Below, one piece after another: positions 9,305 through 18,900 of a DNA stretch of 28,405 nucleotides (positions are counted from its first letter, which is position 1; every line of letters starts with the position of its first letter). Position numbers and translations under genes: made by a program. The stretch comes from Macrostomum lignano. Its lineage: Eukaryota. Below the pieces are notes generated by a model. The model saw only the letters and a program-made list of their open reading frames with translations, was not told the origin of the DNA and did not search any database. Where the stretch lies: contig NIVC01005025.1 of NCBI GenBank assembly GCA_002269645.1, positions 1-28,405 of the forward strand, given 5' to 3'.

Positions 9305-12300
9305 ATGAGCGCCGGCGCCGGGGATGGCGCCGAGTCGGCGCGGCGCAGCCTGACGCTCAGCCTGGCGCTGGCGGAGCAGTTCGCTCACGTTGACAGCAGC
9401 AGCGAGGAGGAGGCGGAGGAGACAGCAGCGGTCAGTGGCGATTTGGGATGCCTGATTGGGATCTGGGATGCCTGATTGGGATCTGGGATGCCTGATTGGG
9501 ATCTGGCATGCCTGATTGGGATCTGGGATGCCTGATTGGGATCTGGGATGCCTGATTGGGATCTGGGATGCCTGATTGGGATCTGGCATGCCTGATTGGG
9601 ATCTGGGATGCCTGACTGGGATTCTGGAATGCCTGGTTGGGATTTGGGATGCCTGTTTGGGATCTGGGATGCCTGGTCGAGATCTGCGATGTCTGGTTGG
9701 GATCTGATATGCCTGATTGGGGTCTGGGATTCCTGATTAGAATCTGGGATGCTTAGTTTGAATCTGGGATTCCAATTAGTTTAGTTTTTTAGATTTGTTT
9801 TTATGGATGTCTTTTTGATATCAATATTTGTGTGCTGCGAATCAGGGACTACACGCGGATGTTTTAATAAATGTAAATTAAGGTATTAGGAAAGTCAATT
9901 TATTAACTAATAGGAATTTATCAGAGATAATTCCAAGCATTTTATTAGGATCCGGTTAGGCCAGCCATAAAAAATCTGCGGGACAGGGACATGCGAACCT
10001 GCATTTCCAATCTGTCCGATATGAGATATTCCAAACGCCATGGAAGACGGCAGGTTCTACAAGGCTCGCTGATTCTGTTCAATGGTAAACAGACAGCAGC
10101 GCTGACATCCGAGGTGGAAAATTGAATTTGAACTGGAAATTCCCCATCAAGGATCCGACCTGTCCTGGCCCGGGAGTAATTAGTGCGGCGGCGTCAGTGC
10201 GGCCGTGAGGAGTTGCAGCGCCCGATGTGGCGTCCAGCTGGGCTGAAAAAGTGCACGAAAACAGGAGGCTGCAGAGACTTTCAGAGGGACCGATGAAGGT
10301 TTCCTCAGGTGGTCGCTGGGCCAAAGGCGTGACTGACGACCCGGAGGTCTGGGGTTTCGGCTGGGCTAGCGAAAATAAATGGATCGGCCAGTCAGGCTTT
10401 TCTGCGATTCTTCTGCCCTTTCAGATGCCAGTCAGCAATGGGGCCTGCGAACAGGGCTGTCCTGCTGTGGTTGCTGGGGCCGCTGACCAGCTCGAGGACC
10501 AGCACCAGCACCAGCACCAGCACCAGCACCAGAACCAGCACCAGCACCAGAACCAGCACCAGCACCAGAACCAGCACCAGAACCAGCACCAGAACCAGCA
10601 CCAGCACCAGCAGTCGGAGATTCACCAGTGTCGCAGCTGGGACTCGGGAACACAGCAGCATCAGTTGGCGAGGCGCGTTGCGCCGCACGAGAGGCTAATC
10701 ATTGAGAGTGAGTCCAACCCAATCCAATCCAATCCAACCCAATCCAATCCAATCCAATCCAACTCAACCCAACCCAATCCAATCCAACCCAATCCAATCC
10801 AATCCAATCCAATCCAATCCAATCCAACCCAACCCAATCCAATCCAATCCAACCCAATCCAATCCAATCCAACACAATCCAATCCAATCCAACCCAATCC
10901 AACCCAATCCAATCCAATCCAATCCAACCCAATCCAACCCAATCCAATCTAATCCAATCCAATCCAATCCAACTCAACCCAATCCGATCCAATTCAATCC
11001 AATCCAATCCAATCCAATCCAATCCAACTCAACCCAATCCAATCCAACTCAACCCAACCCAATCCAATCCAGTCCAATCCAATTCAAGCCAGTCCAATCC
11101 AATTCAATCCAATTCCTCTTCCGTAGACCAGCGCCGCAAAGTGTGCGAAGAGATCGTGGAGACGGAGCGCAAGTACTGCTTCTGTCTGTGGACTCTCATT
11201 GACCTGATTGGCGGTTCGCTGAGGGCCGCCGCCTTCATCAGCACTCGGGATCTCTGGTGAGTGACAGAATGAGATGAGTCCGGAGTGACGGAATGGGGGT
11301 GACTCCAGAGTGACAGAATGAGATGACTCCAGAGTGACAGAATGAGATGAGTCCCGAGTGACAGAATGAGGTGACTCTGGAGTGACAGAATGAGATGACT
11401 CCGGAGTGACAGAATGAGATGAGTCCGGAGTGACAGAATGAGGTGTCCGGATTGAAATAATGAGATGACTCCGGAGTGACATAATGAGATGAGTCCGGAG
11501 TGACAGAATGAGATGAGTCCGGAGTGACAGAATGAGGTGTCCGGATTGAAATAATGAGATGACTCCGGAGTGACATAATGAGATGACTCCGGAGTGACAA
11601 AATGAGGTGATTCCAGAGTGACAGAATGAGATGAGTCCGGAGTGACAGAATGAACCCATCGCTGTATGAGCACAGTAATGGCTGAGAACATCTCATCATT
11701 TCGCCCCCGCTGCCCCATCCGCAGCCTGATCTTCCCGAACACGCTGCCCCGCCTCTACGACATTCACGCGGCCTTCCTCGGCAGCCTGGAGGAGTCAGAT
11801 GACTGCTCAGTGCAGCGCCAGCCGCCGCTGCCGCAGTGCAGCCTGGCGCAGGCCGTCCAGCAGTTCCTGCAGCGGCACGAGCGCCGGCTGCTGCAGCTGT
11901 ACCGCAGCTACGTTGCCCAGTTCGGCGCCGCCATGCGCTGCGTTCGCCGTCTGAGACGCCGGTCGCGCAAATTTCGCGACCTCCTGCTGAGCCTCCAGCG
12001 GCATCCGGACTGCGAGGGACTCGAACTCACGGCCTTCCTGCTCACCCCTGTGCAGCGGCTGCCCCGCTACTTGCTGCTGCTGCGCCAGCTGGCCGACCGC
12101 ACCGACCCGCGCCACCCGGACCTCGGCCACCTGACCCGCGCCACCGACCGCCTGCGGGGTCTCCTTGACCAGCTCAACTGCAGCATTCAGGGCGCCCTGG
12201 CTGAGGCCACCGCTTGGCCAGCAGGGGACTCGTCGGCAGCGACGGCTGCTGCTGTGGACGAGGAAGCCGCCGCCTCCTTTGGCGACCGGCAGCAGCAGCA

Positions 12301-13532
12301 GCAGCATTTCCTGCTGGGCGCCGGGCAGTCCTCGCGGCAGCGCCGGCGTTCCACACAGCCGGAGGCGCTGGCCCACCACCCCTGGGACTCGCCCAGGCAC
12401 CTCAAGCGGTCGCAGCGGCGGGTCGCCGGGCAGCAGGCCGAGCAGCCGGAGCAGCAGCGGTGCCGCTCTGTCCCGCCAGAAGAGGCCAGCGGCAGCCGGA
12501 GCAGAATGGTCGTCTTCGAGGTGGGTTGCCATGGTAACCAAATGTAGAGATTGGTTGAATGACCTTGAAGTGTTGCTGAGTTCCAAGTTTATTGCTATGG
12601 TAACCAGACGCAGGCACATTGTTGCTGTTTTCCAAGTTGGTTTCCATGGCAATGCGATACCCCTAAACCAGCTCCCGACTCGAACCCCCTCCGGTCTGCA
12701 GATCAGCCCGGAGACCGCCCGCCGGCTTCGACCCGGCGACCGGAGCCGCTCAGCCGGTGACGTCATCGCCAGCGGCGGCTCGGCCATACAGGGCGGCTCC
12801 CTGCACCAAGCGGCGCCGGGCGCGGTGGCGACTTCTTCAACGGGGGCAGCGTCGCCTGCGACGGCGTTGTCGGGGCGCGGCGGCAGGCGACGAAAATCGT
12901 CCCCGAGAACCGCCGTGAAGGAGACCTTCCGGAAGATGTTCCTGTCGCGAAGAAAGTGAGAGCTAAGTTGCTGTCGATTTAGTCTTCTCTAGATCTACAG
13001 AATCCTGTAGATTTGGTTTATAGATCTACACAGAATTCTTTAGATTTGGTTTATAGATCTACACAGAATTCTGTAGATTTGTTTAATTGATCTACACAGA
13101 AATCTGTAGATTTGTTTAACTGATCTACACTGAATTCTGTAGATTTGGTTTATAGATCTATACAGAATTCTGTAGATTTGTTCAATTGATCTATACAGCA
13201 TTCTGTAGATTTGTTTAATTGATCTATACAGAATTCTGTAGATTTGTTCAATTGATCTATACAGAATTCTGTAGATTTTGTTTCTTATGCACACACAGTA
13301 AGGACAACTTACTTGTAAATTGTTTCTTGGATCTAGATCTGTAGATTTACTCTCTAGATATTTCAGTTGAGTCGGTTTCTTAGATATTTAAGCTAAAGTA
13401 TCTTTACTGGGATCTAAGAGTCAACTAATGCTGATTTCCATCACATTTTTTACAAGCCGCGAACTCGCGACCTTCTCCTCATTTAACAGAGTGTCGGACA
13501 GTCGACTCGACAGCTCTTGGGGTGACCTGTGA
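9305..13532 (+). CDS. Dbl-homology (DH) domain Rho guanine-nucleotide exchange factor, about 543 aa; join(9305..9430,10425..10707,11127..11256,11725..12520,12702..12955,13490..13532)
   Basis: The spliced product contains DH motifs: NQRRKVCEEIVETERKY (CR1), LCLIFPNTLPRLYDIHAAFLGSLE, and LELTAFLLTPVQRLPRYLLLLRQL..T...HPD (CR3). All introns are GT-AG with matching phases (0,1,2,0,2), total 1632 nt. The DH exons are firm; the first and last exons are less so. The frame is open back to an acceptor at 9218, so further upstream exons are possible. Confidence 0.85.
9440..9775. repeat. Intronic minisatellite, 20 bp unit GGGATGCCTGATTGGGATCT, decaying towards its 3' end
   Basis: Begins about 10 nt after the donor at 9431. 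Near-perfect to about 9620, then degenerate. Confidence 0.93.
10497..10613 (+). repeat. Exonic hexamer repeat (ACCAGC/ACCAGA)n encoding a QH/QN dipeptide tract
   Basis: Lies inside RhoGEF exon 10425-10707 and is in frame. Confidence 0.9.
10714..11113. repeat. Intronic pentamer satellite (CCAAT/CCAAC)n, about 80 units
   Basis: Fills nearly the whole intron 10708-11126. Confidence 0.97.
11259..11653. repeat. Intronic minisatellite, 24 bp unit GAGTGACAGAATGAGATGA[G/C]TCCG
   Basis: The first unit overlaps the donor (GT-GAGTGACAGAATG..). Many junctions form the palindrome ACTCCGGAGT. Confidence 0.95.
12525..12653. promoter_or_regulatory. Cluster of three RFX X-box-like motifs in the 181-bp intron 12521-12701
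   Basis: GTTGCCATGGTAAC (12525-12538), ATTGCTATGGTAAC (12591-12604), GTTTCCATGGCAAT (12640-12653) against the X-box consensus GTNRCC-N0-3-RGYAAC. Confidence 0.6.
12990..13277. repeat. Intronic array of palindromic units, about 33 bp, core ATCTA(CA/TA)CAGAATTCTGTAGAT, about 9 copies
   Basis: The core ACAGAATTCTGT is self-complementary and is flanked by ATCTA/TAGAT. Confidence 0.92.
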
Positions 13533-14467
13533 AAGGCCCTGTCAGCATCTGACAGCATCTGACAGCCTCTGACAGCCCGCTTGCATTCCACTAGTTGCCA
13601 TTTCTGCGGCAGCCGCCTCCGCCGCCGCACCGCTCAGCTGATGCGGCACCGCTCATCGCATCCGCTTCATCCCCTCGCCCCTCCCTCAGCCTCTCCACTT
13701 CATCAATGGCGGGCGCATGTACAGGCATGGGGCAAGGGCAGTGTGTTGCAGTGACGGGCTGGGTGAGTCACCCGGATCCTATACCCCTCAGCGCTGATCG
13801 TTCAAATTAGTTCGCGCAATTTGCCTTTTTTCTTGTCTGCCGCACAATGATTTGCTTGCATCATACAGCTATTGTACCGTTTGCACACTTTTCTCCCGTT
13901 AGTTGCGTCCCGCCTACTGCAAGTAGGCTGGCTAAGAATTTTAGCCCGCAAAATAGTTGACTATATGAAGACTAATTATTTATTACTTACCGCAATGCCT
14001 GTAATAGTATTAGCAGCGGTGAGTGCAAATACACAGCGTTCCACCCAGATGTTGCACTGATAAGCTGCCGGCTTTATTTTACTCTTATCTGCCCAAGTGA
14101 CGTGGGCTGTAAAAGGCAATAAACCAGTTCTGTTCGCGGGTCATTTGAGGTCGCGGTAGCAGTGGCCAGGTGATAAAGTGCCTGTGTGTTTCGGCCTGTT
14201 AAAATATATTTGCCTTCAGTAAGACTGTACTGTACGAAATGTACACAAAATGTCTAATTGTAACAGAGGAAAGCGGCGCACTTCAAGTTGTGAACGGAAT
14301 ACTCTCCCACAAGGAAGATGAACAGTTTTCCAGTAAAGAGCTGTTGCTGTTCTCGTACGTGCAGGCTTGCAGAATCAAGGGAAAAATTTTATGTCTGTGG
14401 AATTAATTGTAGGCACTTTCATGGCAGGCGGCGGTGGCTTTTGATAGTTGTTTAATGCGAGACTTTT

Positions 14468-15842
14468 TTGATGACGGAGAGAGATTGATGAGGGAGAGAG
14501 ATTGACGAGGGAGAGAGATTGACGAGGGAGAGAGATTGACGAGGGAGAGAGATTGACAAGGGAGAGAGATTGACAAGGGAGAGAGATTGACAAGGGAGAG
14601 AGATTGACGAGGGAGAGAGATTGACGAGGGAGAGAGATTGACAAGGGAGAGAGATTGACGAGGGAGAGAGATTGACGAGGGAGAGAGATTGACAAGGGAG
14701 AGAGATTGACGAGGGAGAGAGATTGACGAGGGGGAGAGATTGATGATGGAGGGAGATTGATGAGGGAGAGAGATTGATGAGGGAGGGAGATTGATGAGCG
14801 AGAGCTTGCTGAGAGAGAGATTGACAAGGGAGAGAGATTGACGAGGGAGAGAGATTGACAAGGGAGAGAGATTGACGAGGGAGAGAGATTGACGAGGGGG
14901 AGAGATTGATGATGGAGGGAGATTGATGAGGGAGAGAGATTGACGAGGGAGAGAGATTGATGAGGGAGAGAGATTGATGAGGGAGGGAGATTGATGAGGG
15001 AGGGAGATTGATGAGCGAGAGCTTGCTGAGAGAGAGATTGACAAGGGAGAGAGATTGACGAGGGAGAGAGATTGACAAGGGAAAGAGATTGACAAGGGAG
15101 AGAGATTGACAAGGGAGAGAGATTGACGAGGGAGAGAGATTGACAAGGGAGAGAGATTGATGAGGGAGAGAGATTGATGAGGGAGGGAGATTGATGAGCG
15201 AGAGCTTGCTGAGAGAGAGATTGACAAGGGAAAGAGATTGACAAGGGAGAGAGATTGACGAGGGAGAGAGATTGACGAGGGAGAGAGATTGACAAGGGAG
15301 AGAGATTGACAAGGGAGAGAGATTGACGAGGGAGAGAGATTGACGAGGGAGAGAGATTGACAAGGGAGAGAGATTGACAAGGGAGAGAGATTGACGAGGG
15401 AGAGAGATTGACGAGGGAGAGAGATTGACGAGGGAGAGAGATTGACGAGGGAGAGAGATTGACGAGGGAGAGAGATTGACGAGGGAGAGAGATTGACAAG
15501 GGAGAGAGATTGACGAGGGAGAGAGATTGACAAGGGAGAGAGATTGACAAGGGAGAGAGATTGACAAGGGAGAGAGATTGACGAGGGAGAGAGATTGACA
15601 AGGGAGAGAGATTGACAAGGGAGAGAGATTGACGAGGGAGAGAGATTGACGAGGGAGAGAGATTGACAAGGGAGAGAGATTGACGAGGGAGAGAGATTGA
15701 CAAGGGAGAGAGATTGACAAGGGAGAGAGATTGACAAGGGAGAGAGATTGACGAGGGAGAGAGATTGACAAGGGAGAGAGATTGACGAGGGAGAGAGATT
15801 GACGAGGGAAAGAGATTGATGAGGGGGAGAGACTGACGAGGG
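14468..15842. repeat. Purine-rich minisatellite, 17 bp unit GAGAGAGATTGAC[G/A]AGG, about 80 copies, with higher-order cassettes
   Basis: Direct reading. It lies between the two convergent stop codons, about 90 nt after the WDR97-like stop. Confidence 0.97.
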
Positions 15843-15930
15843 CTATACGAGGATGTTGCACAGCAGAGATAGCGAAGCCGAGAAAGCATTGGTAAAAGAA
15901 GTTTGCCACAGTGGGAGGCGGTGGCGGCTG

Positions 15931-18900
15931 TCAGTCCTGCTGCACTTGAGACAGCGCCGGGATGAACATCCTGCCTGAGCACTTGAGCGTGAGCAGCACG
16001 GGCTGAGTGGCGGCCTCCCAGTCCAGGTCGTCCAGCAGGCTGGGAAAGGGGTTGAGCCGCACCGGCTTCATCGGCAGGTGCATCAGCGGAGCGAAGCCAC
16101 CCCGCATGACCTGCTGGTAGGCGCGGCCCGGCTGGCAGGCGGCCGGCTGGCTCGAGTCAGTGGCCGCCGCGGCCACCAAAGTGCTGACGCCGCCGCCAAC
16201 GCCGGCGCCAAAGTCGCGTCTCCGCGCCGGCTGAACGTCGCCGTGTGACTCGCCGAGCCGCATCAGCGAAGTCCGCTGCGGCAGAGTCGGCAGCACCAGG
16301 ATGGTGTTCTTGCGGGCGGGCTCCGCCTCCGCCTCGCCTGTGCCCGCCGCCCTGGCCGCGGCTGGCCGGCCAGCCCGCATGGAGGAGCGCTTCTTGGAGC
16401 GAAGGCGGGCGAGCTGCTGGCTGAGCTGCGTCTCGCAGAAATAGTTGACGGCCTCCATGTAGGTGCCGCTGTCTGCCAGCCGGCTGGGGTCGGGCGCCGT
16501 CTCGAAGGTCACGGTCATCGGCTTGCCAGAGGCCGCAGCGGTGGCGGCCTGCGGCACGCGGCCTTGGAGCTGCTCGCCGCGAGCCAGGCGCTCCGCCGTC
16601 TGCCGGACGGCGGCCCGGAAATTCGCCAGCCAGCGCTCCAGCCAGTCCGAGATGGCGCGCCGCAGGTGCGGCCGGCGCTTGTCGGGTTCCGTGACGGACC
16701 AGACGTCCCACTGGTCCAGCTCGCGCTCCAGGCAATGGTGCTCGTCTCTGGGGCAGCCGAGGGGTGGATGATGTTTTTTGGCTTCGAGTAATTCAGGTTC
16801 TGACTGATGGATATTGTGGCTTTACCTGAAGCTTGCCTGATGGATATTGTGGCTTTACCTGAAGCTTGCCTGAAGTGCATTACTGTATATAATGACTGCA
16901 CATTGCCGTATTAATCTTGGCGGCAAGACATGTTTCAAGGCAGTTCATGTTTTTTGTTGCTACCGACTCACTTTCTGCCCAAAAAGTTGAGCGCCTCCAT
17001 CACGAAGCTCTGCGTGAGCTCGTCGCCCTCGAAGTACCACAGCAGCAGCTCGGTGAGCAGCGGCTTGTCCGGCCCGCCCTGGGTCAGCAGCGTCAGGCCG
17101 TGGCGCACGAAGTCGCGCTGCTCGGCCACGCCGCAGTCCGGCGGCAGCTCCAGCAGCTCCAGGACGATTCGTCGAGCCTCCTGCTGGCACTGCCGGCCCA
17201 GCGACTCCAGCGTCTGCAGCTGCTGCACCGCGCGGCACAAGGCGCTCCGCTCCGGCCAGCCGGCGCCCGGCAGCAGCCGCAGCAGCCGCCCAGCGAAGGT
17301 CGCGGGCGTCAGCGGATCAGGGAGGCTTCGCCGGCGCGGCTCCGGGAAGGCGGCGTCGAACCAGTCCTCGTCGGCGAACTGCGCCACGTAGTCTGGCAGC
17401 GGCGGAGGCGCCGGCGGCCCTTGCAGAGTCTGCGGGGAAATTCGATCGTAGCTGAGAGAGGCAGATGCGGTGAGGCTAACAGGTTGGACCTTCAATCTTC
17501 TAGTTCAAGCCTCTCGCTTTCTTGCAATCATTCATAACAATGTTTGAAGCTGTCGCAAAAAGGACATCGAGTACCCTGACTGACTCACCTGCTGCTGCTG
17601 GCCGCCAGTCAGCGCCGCCTCCGAGGCCTGTCGAGAGACGCTCGGCGGAGTCGCGGCCGCCGAAGCCGTCGCTGACGCCGCGGTGGGCGAAGCCGCCACA
17701 GCCGAGCGCCGCTGCTCGGACGGTCGCTTCTGCGGCGGCGGCGGCCGTTTCTTCGGCGACGCCTGCGACTGCGAGCTGCGGGACCGTGCCGCCGCTGCCA
17801 GCTCCTCCTGGGTCGCCCGCCGCGTTGGCCGGGTCGGCGGCCGGCGCGAGTCGCCCGACACGGTGGAGGCCTCCCGGGTTCGAGCCGCCTCCGCCTCCGC
17901 CTCCGCCTCAGCCGCCGCCACCGCCGCAGCCTCGGCTTCGGCTGCCTCCGCTGCGGCCTCCGTGGCCGCTTCGTCCATGGCCTGCTGCATTCGGCGCATG
18001 AAGTCCGACTGCTCCCGCTCCTTCTGCTCCTGCTCCTGCCGGAGGGGAGGGTGGGGGTTCGAGCGCATTCGGGTGACTGAAAACGGAGGCTGCGGGGCAA
18101 CTGGCTACTGGGTTGTTTCGCTTCTTTTTGGTGTATATTTCTTGGTCTATCATGACATTTATTTCTGTTGATCTTTCTCATCATCATCATGTACACTGTC
18201 TGCGTGTTGGGGATGCCCTCATGACTGTAAGCTCCAGGTCAATTTGCGTGCACAAGCTCCAAATTAATGCGGTCGAGCGCGAAATCGAACCACCGATCTG
18301 CCCTGTCCCCTCTTGTCACTGTGCGTGCATATTGGTTGCTTTGTGTCCGTGTCCTCAAGAAACCTTTATCAGAGCATCTGTGATGCAGTCATGTCAATCA
18401 TCGGCAGAGCCGACGCACCTGCTGCTCGCGCCGCTTCCTGTCAGCGTCCAGCTCGAACAGCAGCTCCCCAGCCTCCTCCTCATCCTCGTCATCCCCGCCG
18501 GCGCCGTCGCCGGAGTCCGCCCAGCTCTTCAGCAGCGCCTGCCGCTCGGCCTCGTCCTCAGAGCCGCGCTGTCGCAGGCCCTGCAGCTGCCGCAGCTGCT
18601 CCACGTTGAGGTCGGGCGGCCGCCAGCCGCGGGCGGAGGCCTGCGTTGCCGTCTTCTCGTGCTCAAGCAGCGCCTCCTGCGGCCACAGCAGCTTGGCCAG
18701 CACCGAGTTCGGCACGCAGCCGCCGCGTGGGATCGGGGCGAGGCCCGCCTGCGGCCGGACGGCTGCATCCTGGGACGGGAAGAAGCCCGGACAGATGTCC
18801 GGCCTGTAGGCCTGCTTGGGCCTGGGCAGCTGCGGCGGCTCCAGCGCCGACTTCACCGCGGCGTCCAGATTCGCCTCCTTGGGGGGCGGCGGCAGCACCG

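Noticed and set aside
9440-11113. Possible pairing between the GATTGG array (intron 1) and the CCAAT satellite (intron 2) around exon 10425-10707
   Set aside because: Contiguous complementarity is only about 6-7 nt per unit, too short to support a stable duplex claim.
10661-11659. QSNPI / WIGLD / SHSVTP repeat ORFs
   Set aside because: They lie within introns whose removal restores a continuous DH domain.
14375-15982. Long ORFs (444-535 aa) of SLSLVNLSP repeats
   Set aside because: All three - strand frames are open only because the 17-bp unit lacks stop codons; artefact.
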